Notes: a model not told the origin generated them from the sequence alone. A stretch of DNA of 64,000 bases from the human T2T-CHM13v2.0 reference genome, Homo sapiens (GCF_009914755.1 NC_060940.1), one strand, 5' to 3'. Counted from the first letter of the stretch, positions 1-22,059 are shown. Made by a program: numbers and translations.

Positions 1-3000
1 CAGCCGCGTTCCAAACTCTCAGAGTGCCTAGTTTGGGTTTCACTCTGGGAGGGAAGACTCACCTCCTAAGGGTTATGAGGAACTTGATGAACACAGCAGA
101 GCTTTCGTCAGCCAAAACTCCCCTGGAACTGCTTTCTCCACCCTCAACGACATGGGGTTGCCATATAATTTTTCTAGTCGGGGGAAAAACTCACATCAAA
201 TTCTGATTGAAAATCAAATACATGTTTACTGTGGAAAAACTGGAAGGCAAAATGGGGGCCTACCACCCATACGGGACCTTTGTCTTTTCAAAGGAATATT
301 TGAAATCAATCATCCATTTCCCAATCTTTCCACCTGAGTCTTTGTTGAGGGTATCTGATCTGAGGCAGAGGGCCCGAGTCTGAATGATTTCACCACTCAC
401 TCTCCAGGCTTGCCTCCCCAGTATCCCAGCTTCCTCTTCTGCTTGGCTGGGTCAGAGAAGGGCTGCAAGCTGAGGCCCTCACACACCCCGTCAGCCCTAT
501 CTGTGAGAAGATCCAGGTCCAGGGGGCCTGTGTATAGATGGGTGCCATCCGCCAGGTGTAACTGCACTCCACCTGGGTTCTGTTGCCCTCCAAGAGCTGC
601 TCTGCTTACAGCTCTGGGGAAAAAGGCCTGGACACCCAATAGGTGCACCCAGGGCTCTGGCAGGCCCTTGCAGAGCTGCCCCAAGCTTGCTAGGCAAGGG
701 CAATGGGCCTCCCAGCATGCCCAGGGGTGGGTCCCAAGTGAATCCAGGAGCCCCAAGGCCTCTTGGGATCCCAGCATGTGCAGCCTCTTCCCCCCACCCC
801 ACTTTGCTGCCCTATGACCTCTCCCGTGGGTCTCCTCAAAACGGGTCTGGCTCACTGGCCACCATCTTGGTTTTCTTGTGCGTGGAAAATACTTGGTGAC
901 GGAGAGAGGCAGACCACAGCCTTGGCACCAGGGCTCAGCCCCTCTCTCTCTCTTCTTTTTGGTACAAGAATAAAACTATAAATATTTTATATAATAATTG
1001 TCAGCCTTATGCTATAAATGGCTTTATGACCTGCTTTTTTCCCCCCTCTGCAAAATACTTTTTCCTGGGTAGGTTTTCTTTTATAGTATTTAAGGCTGTA
1101 GATTAGGCATTTGGGTGACTGTGGCACAGCATAATTAACTGTTCTGTTGAGAGTTAGGTTGTTGAGACCTTTTTTTGCTTTTTTTCCCTATTAAGCAAGT
1201 CACGAACATCCTGGCAGGTATGGTTTTGTCACATCTGGGATGGTATCTTGGCACAATTCCTGGGTCAATGGGCTTGTTTAAGGCATTTTAATTTGCCAGA
1301 AAGGTTGTGCCAGTTAATATTCCCCCACCCCTAGCAATATATAGCAGCACCCGGTTCCCAACTGTGACACAGCACTTGCCCTTTTAATTTGTATTTCTTA
1401 GTTGGTGAACTTTTTTCTATATGTAGTTTTACTTAGGAAAAATGCCAGAATCTTTCTTCAAGTCACTTCCACCTACTTTTCCCCGGTGCCCTCTTATCCC
1501 AATCCCTTAACAGAAGGTAGTGATAGCTATAAGGACAAATTTGTTTGTTTTGTGAGCTAGGTATGTCCCTAAAGCAAGCTAGAATAGAAATTTCCTAGGC
1601 AATCTCTTCCCCCAACTCCCCAGGCTGCCTTTTGGCCACAATATGTTTAAGATGATGTTTTCCTTTTCCTCTAGTCAAAATACCCAGAGATCAGTAGGGA
1701 AATTGGTGGAGAGTGATCACTTGATGGACATTTTGTCTACGGAAAGATGGGTGGTTTTATTTTGCCAGAACATCCAGTAATGTTGGACATCAGGACCAGA
1801 TAGCACCTCCAGGAAGAGACAAGCTCCTGACCTTCAAGGGTATTCCCTTGGGAGTATGGAAGTGTCTAGGCAAATTCCAACCTAAAAGCAGGCCTGGAAC
1901 ATAAGAGGAATGAGTTCTTAGCCCAGCATCCATCAATTCTTATAAGTCTATTTAAAAAGCTTTCTTTTCCCAATAGCTCTAGTACCCCAGGGACCAAACT
2001 CTTCTTGCCCAAGTTTTATTAGTGGCGCCAGTTCAGGACCCGAGGCCAGGCTTGGCAGGATGATCTTTAGAGAGGAGCTTTGAACATAGGCCAGAGACTC
2101 CTGGTTTCCATTGGATGTCTTCTATCGAGTGCAGATACATAGAGCTCTGGCTTTTTTGTTGTTAATTTCTCTTTTTATTTATTTTTACCTATAATGTGTC
2201 CTATGATATTAATTGTTAATTTCTCTAGAAGCAGCCTCAGGTTACTGATTCCCTTTTTCCCTTCCCCGACAGTATTTTAGGGAATGTACATTTAGGCTCA
2301 GTGCTAAAAGCTGTCCATTTATATTGGTAGAGCAGGCACCTCTTCATCAGGTTCATTGACCTTGTAATTCAGAATCCTTGTGGGAGAAACTGAGGCTAAT
2401 GCGGTCAAATGACTGTCTGAAGCCCTGGATGGGTGTGGAAGAAAGAGCTATGTTTAGGCTTTCATTTTCCAGCCTTAAATTCTGAACTATTGCCCCATGT
2501 GCTCATCATCAAGTTGCCCCAGAAAGAGTTTGATGCAAGCCCATTCATGCCCCCGTGATTTGGCCAAGATGTGTGGCCTTGTGGAACCATGCTGCAGTTA
2601 GGAACAGGAGTCAGTTTACTTCGCTGACTATTAAAAGATGGGGTAAAGGAGGGATGAGTGATGATGAGACCTGGTTTCGTATCAGTTTCATTATGAAACT
2701 AGTGATACAAGCCAGTGGTGCCAGGAAGCATCTGGGAGGAAATTGTAATGATCTGCCCCAGGGCTTACCATTTACTATGTCTTGACTCATAGCTTGCAGA
2801 GAAGACTACTCATGTTCCTACATGTGCCTAGCAAGTTTCCCTAGAAAGGCCAGCTTTTTCATGAAATCTCCGTCTTCTGCTTCCTCTGGTAAACCACAGA
2901 GGACCCCTACAAAACAGCCCTCTCCAAATGCAGACTGAGCCAGTTCCCTATTGTGCCCTCTGGTCCCATGTGTCACCATCTTTGATCAGCTTCATCCGTT

Positions 3001-4078
3001 GAGTAAAGCATACAGCTGTAGCTAACTTCTTCCCACTTTGAGAGAGAATTTTTCGATGGTATACATAGAAAGAGGCCAGGATGTGGATGTCAGAAGCCTA
3101 GGTTAATTGTAAGTAGTCTAAGGTACCTTTTTATTGAGAGCTTACCTTACTTACTCTGGGCCAGGCACAGTATTCAGTGCTGTTTGAACACTATCCCATT
3201 TAATCTTCCTAATAACCTGATGAGGTAGGTATTGTTTCATTTTCCAGATGAGGAAACTGAGCTTCTATATAATCATACAATTTGCCCAATCATGTGATAG
3301 ATAAGTGACATTATAGGGATTGGAATCCAAGTCTTCTGGACTCCAAATTTCGTATTCTTCATTATTTCCCTGCCTTCAGGATTTGAAACCTGATCTTGCT
3401 GCTTCCTGGGGCAGTTCAACCCCTGGCAGCCTCTTGTTTCCTGAGTTGTCAGATTGGGAGAAGTAATACCACATTGCAGGTTATTTTGTGAGGATTTGGG
3501 TAGGAAAACACTTAGCTGGGTATCCTGAGCAGAGTGGGTGTTTGAAGCTTATTCCTATCAGTCTGGACCATTGCCCCTTGGTTGTGCTCTGTACCCAACT
3601 CAAAGCAGTTTAGAGCTGATGGGGCCAGCTCCTCAGATGTATCTGGAATATGCACCCTGAGTGGGAGGCACATACACCTATAATACATGACCGTTGGCTT
3701 CCCCTTGATTATTGACACTGTCCCTTCTACAAATAGATGCACAGCCCAGATACTGTGCTACAAATATGTGGAACCATGTAACAGTGGAAATATGCCAGAA
3801 GACAGGGTAGTAGAGTGAGTTGTACACTCTAGTGGGAAGCAGATTTTGTAGACAGCGGGAAGAGGATTTCTAGCTCCTGGTGGGGTGGCGGGGGGGGTGG
3901 GCAGTAGCAGCTCTCAGAGTTTTGGGGATTAAGTCTTCTGAGTAGTAGGGGAGTCAATCCATTAGCCTCCTTCTGGGTTACCTGGTGGGAGAGGATTGGA
4001 GTCATTGAGTCTCTCCTTAAAGGAAATAATTGACAGAATTGTCTGGTTAGCCCTTTACTGGCTAAAGATCTTCCCTTA

Positions 4079-4222
<144 letters not shown>

Positions 4223-4249
4223 CTACCAAAAAAATAAAAGTGACCTTTA

Positions 4250-4628
<379 letters not shown>

Positions 4629-5026
4629 CTAGTCATCTCACCGCCACCACCCCTCACCCCCAGCCCTAGTTTCCTCATGTGGTAAATGGTGGGTAATGGT
4701 CTGTAAGGTTCTGGGGGTCTACACATTCCCGGTTGGGGTTTATTTTTCTTGAAATGGTTTTGCTCTGTCTCCAGCTGGGGTGCAGTGGCAAGAGCATGGA
4801 TCCCTGTAACCTCGACCTCCTGGGCTCAAGGTATCTTCCCACCTCAGTTACCTAAGCAGCTGGGACTACATCATGGTTTGGAGTTTCAACTTGTACGTTA
4901 CTCATGATGGTTCTGTGAAGTGTAATATCCATCTTCCAAATGAGAAAGCATAAATACCTAATAAGTTAATTCAAGTTCTACATCAGCAGTGATATTTCCA
5001 ATTAATGGATTCTTGAGGGACTTTCA

Positions 5027-5413
<387 letters not shown>

Positions 5414-5579
5414 TTAGATTGATGTACTTTTTTTTTTTTTTTTTAAGAGACAGGGTCTAGCTATATTGGCCAGGCTGGACTCAAACTCCTGGGCTCAAGC
5501 AATCTGCCCACCTCAGCCTCCCAAGTAGCTGGTACTACAGGTGCCTGCCACCATGCCCAGCTGAGATTTGATGCCCACT

Positions 5580-6205
<626 letters not shown>

Positions 6206-6310
6206 CGTGTTAAGGGAAAACTTGGACCTGCAGAAAAATTGAGAAAATAAGTTGCCAACAGGTAGTCATGGCCAAATGGTTATTGCAGTGAACTTGAAAA
6301 TAAGTTTCTG

Positions 6311-6507
6311 TAAAATTAGCCGGGCGAGGTGGCGGGCGCCTGTAGTCCCAGCTACTCGGGAGGCTGAGGCAGGAGAATGGCGTGAACCCCAGGGGGCGGA
6401 GCCTGCAGTGAGCCGAGATTGCGCCACTGCACTCCAGCCTGGGCGACAGCGAGACTCCGTCTCAAAAAAAAAATAAATAAATAAATAAATAAAAAATAAA
6501 AAAAAAA
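6311..6507 (+). mobile_element. 5'-truncated young AluY (Ye-like) with 15-bp TSD
   Basis: TSD gaaaataagtttctg at 6296-6310 and 6508-6522; CpG-rich right arm. Confidence 0.85.
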
Positions 6508-7149
6508 GAAAATAAGTTTCTGATGACCTTCATCATTGGGAAAGGTCATTTCATTTCAGTCATTTTTCTGTGCATAGTTACATGTATTATATAGTAGTTC
6601 TGCATTCTTATTTTGTTTTACTATCATAGTATAAGAACTTCCCTATATAAAGTGTTATATTGCATAGCTGGATAAATAACCTATGGAGTAAGTGCCCCCA
6701 TAGATTATTTGACTTTTGCCCTATATTGAAGATGATTTAACCTTTGCCACATTATCGTTCCTGGTCCTTCTAGCACTAAGGCAAAGCACTCATCTTCTGA
6801 GGACAGAAGATGAGTCTACAAAGCTGTGTGCTGGCAATAAAGGGCAGGGCCACCTGGGGATCGTGTGGCCCCTGGGACCCTCTGGAACTGAATCAGGCCC
6901 AGATCTCCTTTCCCCTTCCTCCCACTGGCCAAGCACGTCACAGCCCAGCACTCCTCGGCGGGGATGTCGTCAAGGAGGCAGGGCTGGTTCCTAAGCGATC
7001 TTCTCTTTCTTGTGATCACATTCCAGCCTTCCCACAGAGGATCCTTCTGTGTGTGGTAAGCTTTTGGGCTCTGAGGCAGCTCTTTAGGGTCCCCAAGCCC
7101 CTCTGTCCTCTCCCATTCACTGAGTCCACTGCCTAAAAGATGGCCAGTG

Positions 7150-9058
<1,909 letters not shown>

Positions 9059-9249
9059 CTATGTGAATACTTTGTCATGTCCATATTACTTTCATTATTT
9101 TAAAAACCTCATCTGGGCCGGATGCAGTGGCTCACGCCTGTAATCCCAGCATTCTGGGAGGCCGAGGCGGTCAGATCACAAGGTCAGGAGTTCGAGACCA
9201 GCCTGGTCAATATGGTGAAACCCCATCTCTACTAAAAATACAAAAATTA

Positions 9250-9450
<201 letters not shown>

Positions 9451-9966
9451 TTATTTTAAGGAAAGGTATTTTTAAACCAAAATAATAATAATCTGAAACT
9501 AAAAGACAGGCTTTCTGAAAGGACAGTTTGTGCCCTCGCCTGACATACCTATGGACAGGCGTGGGGCCGTCCTTGTGGTCTTTGTTATGTTGCAGCCTAG
9601 CAAAAATGGGAGCACTGGGCAGAGCATGGTGCTGACAGGACCCAGGGTATAGCCCCTGGCAGATTCCCTGATTTCTTGCGTTGGCCATAAGGAAGAGTAG
9701 GTAACAACGTTGGTTGTGAATATTCTCTAGTGTGCGTCTTGGAGTCGGGTAGACCTGGCTTCTGAACCTCAGTTTTCTAATCTTTGGAAAGGCGGCTGGG
9801 CGCGGTGGCTCATGCCTGTAATCCCAGCACTTTGGGAGACCGAGGCGGGTGGATCACAAGGTCAGGAGTTCAAGACCAGCCTGGCCAACATGGGGAAACC
9901 CAATCTCTACTAAAAAACAAAAATTAGCTGGGCATAGTGGCGCACGCCTGTAACCCCAGCTACTCA

Positions 9967-10125
<159 letters not shown>

Positions 10126-10663
10126 TCATAGTTATAGGGATGAAATTCACCTCCAGCTGCTGAATGGTGGTTACTAACTCGGAGTGCTTGTTTAAAGAGT
10201 AGCCAAGCATTGGGGATTCAGAAGGAGCGAAATGAACTGAAACAACCAAAGGTTGTCCAGGTGATCCTGTGGGCATATATATTGTGTGTAAATAGACTCT
10301 CACAGCCTTCAGAAAATCTTCTGCCTCTAGCTATGACCTTAGTCAACCCCATGTCACATGAGGCCACCTGGGGCTAATGTCCATGAATGTCTATGATCTT
10401 GGTCCTCTGGGACCAAGAACAAAGAAGAGTTTGACCCACAAACTGACCACCAGGCGATCTTCCCTCTCGAAACCAAACTTGGAAGCCTCCTCTGAAACTT
10501 GTATTAGTCACACTCCTGGTCAGAGAAAGTAAGCCAAGTCCCCCTTCTGCAGCCACTTAGCAGTCCTGGATCCAGTCAGAGGACTCTTGTCAGTCTTGTT
10601 TTCCTGGGGCAACTTCCAGAATACTCCTGCCTTCCTAATGCTCTCTCTTCCCCTTCCCCACAG

Positions 10664-10749
10664 TATTCATGGGCTGCCCTGGGCAAGAGCCAGCTCTGTT
10701 TAGCACTGATAATGATGACTTCACTGTGCGGAATGGCGAGACAGTCCAG
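10664..10749 (+). CDS. CDH3: CDH3 exon 3 (pro-domain, [28 protein letters not shown])
   Basis: Pyrimidine tract + cag acceptor at 10661-10663; CAG|gtaaaa donor; 86 nt. Confidence 0.95.
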
Positions 10750-11906
10750 GTAAAATACCATGTCCACCTGCAGGACAAAAGAAAGATGTTCTCTGTGCAT
10801 GCCCAAATTGCTGGCCAGGAGCCCTTGGTTGCTGTGGCCATTGTGAGCCAAGTCAGCCCTTCAGAGGAGGTAGTGTTAGTCCTCAGCTGTCCACAGCTTG
10901 GGTGTGAGCACTGATCTAAGGGGGGTAGTGCTTGCAGCTACCCAACAGTGGTGCCTGAGGTCAGGCCAGTGGAGCCAAGAGCTGCCTTGTGAGTAATCAC
11001 CCACTGTACTGAGTCCCTCGGATTCCCTCTCCCACCTTCCTTTACTTCCTTCCCTTATCATCCATGTTAACCCCAACTGAAAGCAGCTCTAAATGCAGGC
11101 CTGCCAATCCCATGAGCCTCCAGGAAGATACATCTGGGGTGCTTGGCCACACTTCGTTTTAATTTTTGAATAGCTAATATAGCCACATGGTTCAAAAATA
11201 AAAAATAATAATAAGCTATACAATAAATAATCTCCCCTTGTTTGCCTCCATTTGCCCAAAGCCCCCTTCACCCCTTCACGCAGTTAACCACTGTTCCCAG
11301 TTTCTTTCCTTCCAGAGTTTATATATAGTCTATACTTACATGTGTTACATATTTATTTATATTGTACATGTTTTTACATGTTACCTATTTCGTATATATA
11401 CATATATAAAAACAGATTCTTTTCCTTATGCAAAAGCTAAGATGCTGTTCACATGTCTGCACCTTTCTTTTTCTACTTAACAGTGTATCAGCACAGCACA
11501 ATGTCTACCCTCTTTCCACAGATAGCCACTATTAGTTTTTTTCTGTATTCTCCCTGACTTCATCCATGTACAAGAAAATATGACTATATGGTCTTATTTC
11601 CTACCCTTTTACACAAAAGGTGGAACAGTACCTGGCACATATTAAGCACAATGTGTTTGTTAAATAAAATGCTAAACTCTATTAAGCTGCCCTATACCTT
11701 AATCTTTCCATTTGACAGCATAAATCAAAAATCAGGCCGAATGCGGTGGCTCACGCGTGTAATCCCAGCACTTTGGGAGGCCGAGGCGGGTGGCTTGCTT
11801 GAGGTCAGGAGTTCGAGACCAGCCTGGCCAATATGGTGAAACTCTGTCTCTACTAAAAATACAAAAATTAGCTGGGCGTGGTGGCAGATGCCTGTAATCC
11901 CAGCTA

Positions 11907-12180
<274 letters not shown>

Positions 12181-12412
12181 TCATCTAGGTCTCCTCACCC
12201 TTAACTTTTTTTTTTTTTTAATTTAACTTAGGGTCTCGCTATCTTGCCCAGGCTGCTCTGGAACTCCTGGGCTCAAGTGACCCTCCCAAAGTACTGGGAT
12301 TATAGGCGTGAGCTACCATGCCCAGCCACCCTTTTAACTCTTATAGGTGAGAGGATGTTGAGCATGTCCCAGCTGTTTGCACATCTGGGTTAAGGAGTTT
12401 CTCTCCTTGCAG

Positions 12413-12556
12413 GAAAGAAGGTCACTGAAGGAAAGGAATCCATTGAAGATCTTCCCATCCAAACGTATCTTACGAAGACACAAGAGAGATTGGGTGGTTG
12501 CTCCAATATCTGTCCCTGAAAATGGCAAGGGTCCCTTCCCCCAGAGACTGAATCAG
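12413..12556 (+). CDS. CDH3: CDH3 exon 4 (furin-type site RHKR|DWVVAP, start of EC1)
   Basis: ttgcag acceptor; CAG|gtacga donor; 144 nt; conserved DW N-terminus of mature classical cadherins. Confidence 0.97.
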
Positions 12557-12623
12557 GTACGACTGTGCCTTCTCCTGGGAAGCATTGGTGGCCCCAGGGA
12601 CCCCCATCCAAAGGCCTGCATGA

Positions 12624-12947
<324 letters not shown>

Positions 12948-13040
12948 TAGTGTCTACTGTAAATGTCCCCTCAGAAGTGGGATCCTAGGCCTGGTGAGGT
13001 GGGTGGCACCGGGCTGACCCCAGAGCTGTGTACCCCACAG

Positions 13041-13185
13041 CTCTTTGGCCACGCTGTGTCAGAGAATGGTGCCTCAGTGGAGGACCCCATGAACATCTCC
13101 ATCATCGTGACCGACCAGAATGACCACAAGCCCAAGTTTACCCAGGACACCTTCCGAGGGAGTGTCTTAGAGGGAGTCCTACCAG
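13041..13185 (+). CDS. CDH3: CDH3 exon 6 (LFGHAV..., DQNDHKP calcium-binding motif)
   Basis: ccacag acceptor; CAG|gtaaga donor; HAV at 13050-13058; 145 nt. Confidence 0.97.
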
Positions 13186-13254
13186 GTAAGAGGACTGGGA
13201 AGGGGACTGCTACGGGGCTGGGCCCACACCCTTAAATGCTAAAAGATCCCACCA

Positions 13255-13430
13255 TACCTGATTTCCTTGGCTGTGTATCAGATTACTTGGGATCTTCTTA
13301 AAAATCCAGATTTCCCCCCTTCCATCCCAAGGTTCCTGAATAAGAATGATCCTAGAGCAGAGCTCTGGAATCTGTATATTTGAAATTTTCCCTAAAGCTT
13401 CAGATGATCAGCCAAGCTTGGGAACCACTA
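13255..13430. mobile_element. MER5-family hAT DNA transposon remnant
   Basis: ggctgtgtatcagattacttggg ... ggaatctgtatattt ... gcttgggaaccacta. Confidence 0.6.
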
Positions 13431-13867
13431 GCTTTGGAGCTTCAAAGACCTAGATTTGAATCTTGGCTTTGCCCTCTTTACCGGCTGTGATCCTGGGCAT
13501 ATTCTTGACCTCTGAGCCTCACTTCTCACATCTAAAAATGGGAATAATATCAACTTTGAAGAGTGGTGAAGATTAGAAATACCATGTGCAGACTGTTAGG
13601 TAATACAGAGCGCCTAATGCGAAGCTCTTGAGAGCATGGCAGCCACAGGGAATGCAGCAAAGACTGGAGTGTTAGAACATGGCTGATGGAGGCTGGGCGC
13701 GGTGGCCCACGCCTGGAACCCTAGAACTTCAGGAGCCTAGGCAGGCACATCACTTGAGATCAGGAGTTTAAGACCAGCTGGGCCAACATGGTGAAATCCT
13801 ATCTCTACTAAAAATATTAAAAAATTAGCCGGGCGTGGTGGCGGGCACTTGTAATCCCAGCCACTCA

Positions 13868-13966
<99 letters not shown>

Positions 13967-14027
13967 TCATCTCAAAAAAAAAAAAAAAAAAAAAAAAAAG
14001 AAAAGAAAAAAAGAGTTCCAGAAGTAG

Positions 14028-14267
<240 letters not shown>

Positions 14268-14658
14268 TAGGGAAAGTACTGCCTACCCAGACTTGCCCAG
14301 GCTGGGAACTGACTCTGAGAGCAGAAGCTCCTATCCCTGCCCACAAAGCCCAAGGCAGAACAGTGAGGACCCACGTCAGCTGGGATGGCCACTGCTGGGT
14401 TCACATGCCATGCCCCTGGTTCCTTGGGCCTGTGGCCCGCTGCCAGCCAATCTCGTTAAATCTCCTCCAGGGCTGGGAGGCAGCTGTAAAATGCCTACTT
14501 TTGGTATTTTCTGTAGGTTTTCTCATTTCCTCTCAGAGTGGCTCACTTAGTGTGCACATTACCCAAATTGGTCCCTTATGTGCCACAAAGTAGAATTAGC
14601 TCCATGGATACTGGATTTGCTGCCTGTTTCCTAATTGATACCTTTATCCAAATCCTCA

Positions 14659-14976
<318 letters not shown>

Positions 14977-15248
14977 TCATTCTGGAGCAGTTAAGGGTCA
15001 GGGGGCGATGCCAAGGCTTCCCTAGGACAGGCCCAGGAGAACTATTTGGATCACTCGTTCCCTCTCCAACAGCATCCTCTGCTTCTGTTCTCCTGGCAGT
15101 GGGTGAGGGGTGGTCAAGGAGTCAGCGTTATGATAGGGAGAGATCCTCCTCTCCATCCACACACCCATGAGCCAGTGCTTCCTGGAGGTCAGGGGAGGGA
15201 CCCTTCAGATTAAACTCACAATGGGCTTCCCCTCTCCTTTCTCCCCAG

Positions 15249-15377
15249 AAAGTCCCTGAGTACACACTGACCATCCAGGCCACAGACATGGATGGGGACG
15301 GCTCCACCACCACGGCAGTGGCAGTAGTGGAGATCCTTGATGCCAATGACAATGCTCCCATGTTTGACCCCCAGAAG
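15249..15377 (+). CDS. CDH3: CDH3 exon 8 (KVPEYTL...[13 protein letters not shown])
   Basis: ccccag acceptor; AAG|gtaatg donor; DXNDN motif; 129 nt. Confidence 0.97.
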
Positions 15378-15853
15378 GTAATGCCCCTTCCTCACTCAGT
15401 CCCTCATCAGATAATGAAGGACCAAAGTTTGCCTTTCTCAGGAAACTGGAACCAGTCTATATTGCTTCAAATGCCAGTCTCAGCACTATGGCTGTGTGAC
15501 CTTAGGAAAACTACCTAACCTCTCTGTGCCCCATTTCCTAATCTGTGAAAAGGAGATAATGATAATACCTGCTGCATTGTTCTGAGTTTCAAATGAAATA
15601 ATCTATGTACGTTTCCTAACACGATGCCCTAAAAGAAGTGCTTGATATGAAAATCTTTGTTGATTTGAAAACATATTTTCCTTGTACCTACACCTGCCCA
15701 TCTTTTCCCAGTGAATGCTTGTGTACCTCCAAGGCAGAGGACTCAGTGCCAATCAAGGTGCCAATTACATCCTCCCCCTTCCATCTTTAGACAACTCTGA
15801 ACGTTAATTAGGTCTGAATAAAAATTTGTAATGACGCCAGGGGCGGTGGCTCA

Positions 15854-16180
<327 letters not shown>

Positions 16181-16579
16181 TCACATGTCCCAGAACCTCC
16201 AAAAAATTTCTGTTCAGTGCCCCAGCCCATTCAGGCACCTAGCCCTTCTTGCCACCTTCCTTATTCCTTTCTGATCTCAGCTGGATAGATAGCTACACGT
16301 GGCAGGGGCTTGGGCATGCAAACCCGTGAGATTTCTGGAACATCAGGCCCCTGCGTGTAGGGAAAGCAGGCACAGGATTGGTGTGGTCTGTGCCAGCAGC
16401 TGTGAGGCTGCTGCTGGGGACATCCTGCCGCTGTGTATACCCTAAAACCCCGCAAAGTGGGTGGGTGGTCCAGGAAAGGGTAAAGGCATGGGGATCCCCT
16501 GAGGTTGGATGGAGGCTTCTCAGCCTCTGGAGTAGGACAGTCATTCTCTGCTCTGACAGTGCTGTGCTTCTCACACTGA

Positions 16580-16936
<357 letters not shown>

Positions 16937-17649
16937 TAAATCTTACCCAGGAGCCCACTTCATAAATAGGTAAGAGTCACTGATTAATTGAAGCACATCA
17001 GTGGAGCCTCCTCCCAGACCACAGTGTCCAATGGCTGCCCCGAATCAGTCTCACATAGAGAGTCCATCTTATTGAAATCCATGTTGACTTTGCATTTACT
17101 CTAAAACTCATGTCTAGGTGTTTAGATAATAAAATGTTTTGAATCACTGAGGCACACTCTTGCCTCTCAAAAAGTCTCTTTTTTGTGTGTATGTATTTTT
17201 GTTTTTATTGGGGTATAGGACGTGGGTTGGGTCAAAAAGTCTGAATAAGGCTGGGCGCAGTGGCTCACACTTATTCCCAGCACTTTAGGAGGCTGAGGTG
17301 GGAGGATCACTTGAGGCCAGGAGTTTCAGATGAGCCTGGTGAACATAGCAAGATCCCATCAGCACTAAAAAAGAAAAAAATGAAGATGGGCCTAATCTTG
17401 CATCAGTTTCTTTTACTTCCTGGTTTACTATGAAGAATGGTGTGGTTTGAGAAGCAGGGTATAAAATATTGTATGAAATAATATATTTTAAAGACTGGGG
17501 TTTGCTGTCCTGTTTTCTGCAACAAATACTTTGTAATGCCACTTCGACATTGTTAAATGATGTGAAATGAAGTTCATTTATAATATAACTAACCTAACTC
17601 ATTATTTCTAAAAATAGAGAATGTCCTAACTAAAATAAAGAAAAAATCC

Positions 17650-18542
<893 letters not shown>

Positions 18543-18814
18543 CCCCAGTTTTCTCAAACATCACCACCACTCCACTGGGAACCATTGATCTAGGGCTTAT
18601 TAATACAGTTACTTTTAGGATGGTCTGAGAGGCCCCATTAGATGTGCACTCAGGAAACACGGGAGTGTTTATGTTACAGAGAAAGGGCAGCACTGCTGCT
18701 AGTGAGGGCCTCAAGCCCCTCAGTATTGGTGTTTTCCTTCTCACATCTCAACTGTCCTGCACAGGACCTCCTCTCAAAATGGTGGTCCAGGTCCTTCTTC
18801 CTCTTCTCTCCTAG

Positions 18815-19111
<297 letters not shown>

Positions 19112-19436
19112 TGATCATGGCCAACGTTTGTTCTGATTACCATAGAGATTGTTAAATAGGAATATCCCTCCTGCATAGGTTCTCTTCTTCCTACCCTCTT
19201 TGAGGCTGAAGACTGAATAGGGGTTTGGGGGCAGGTATTTCTCACTCTGTCATGTATCCCTCCTGGGACTCCTGCACCTGCTGCTTTAGGTCCCCGTTTA
19301 TGGGCGAGGTGCATTTTCCATATGATCCTGCTTAGGAGCCCAGAGGCCATCTGCCAGTTGGTATGAGGAGGCCCTGAATGATGACATCAGAATTCTAAAT
19401 ATTCTGGATGTACTCGTCTCAACTTTTCCTCTCCAG

Positions 19437-19582
19437 CTACCGCATCCTGAGAGACCCAGCAGGGTGGCTAGCCATGGACCCAGACAGTGGGCAGGTCACA
19501 GCTGTGGGCACCCTCGACCGTGAGGATGAGCAGTTTGTGAGGAACAACATCTATGAAGTCATGGTCTTGGCCATGGACAATG
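19437..19582 (+). CDS. CDH3: CDH3 exon 11 (EC4; [11 protein letters not shown]...LDRE...AMDN)
   Basis: ctccag acceptor; ATG|gtgaga donor; 146 nt. Confidence 0.97.
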
Positions 19583-19818
19583 GTGAGAGCATCCTCCCAG
19601 CCCTCCCACAAGGGCCACTTTTGGTTCTCAGGTCACATGACACAGCACAGCATGTTTCCTCCACAGGTGGGAACATGTGTCGAGGAGGGCTATTTGCAAA
19701 CCAATCCAGACGGTCAAAGGGGTCTTTCAGAGGAGTCTTTTAAAGACTGGTCCTAGGCCGGATGCAGTGGCTCATGCCTGTAATCCCAGCACTTTGGGAG
19801 GCCAAGGCAGGTAGATCA

Positions 19819-20034
<216 letters not shown>

Positions 20035-20264
20035 TCAAAAAGCAACAACAACAAAAGACTGATCCTAGGGACTGGCCATGATTCCAATTTCCCTAAAACC
20101 CAAGAGTTGGGAGGGAGCCAGGTGTGGTGACTCAGGCCTGTAATGCTAGCACTTTGAGAGGCCTAGGCAGGAGGATCACTTGAGCCCAGGAGTTCAAGGC
20201 TGGCCTGAGAAACATACAGAGACCCTGTCTCTACAAAAAATGAAAAATTAAAAAATAAGAGTTA

Positions 20265-21210
<946 letters not shown>

Positions 21211-21673
21211 ACATCAGCATTAGGAGAGTCCCTTCAGCCTTAGTTTTTGGTTCACTGGGTCCTGAATTGGCCTGTCAGTTTTCCCTTGTGATTGATTGAT
21301 AGGGGCTGACTGGAAAGTGCCATGACAGATTAGTGATGCCACACCATAACAGATGGGAGGTTATGACGTAGTTGTCACCTCTGGTTGACATGTAATGAAC
21401 CAGGACCTGCAGGCAGGTGAGAGGTTGCAGCAGGGCTGTGAAGGGAAGCTTCCCTGAAGCTGATCGACAAACACTGGAGTAACCCTGAAGTAGCCGGTAG
21501 GTTTCGCCTTGTGGTTATAGTGGCTGTCTGGATGAAGTGGCTGCAACTGTGTCATGATAGTTAGTAATGTCTGCTGTGGACAGAAATGAGAATGATGGCT
21601 CAACTGGCATGTATGTGCCATGTATTGGAAGCAAGGGCATGGAAGGTCTTGAGAGGTGAGAGCTGGGCAGTAA

Positions 21674-21973
<300 letters not shown>

Positions 21974-22059
21974 TGAGTGAGTGGTGGTAGCGGGTGGGGT
22001 GCCAGCCCCACTGGTGGGCATCTGCCCCACACCAGGATTCTGCACACGTTCCTATCCTA

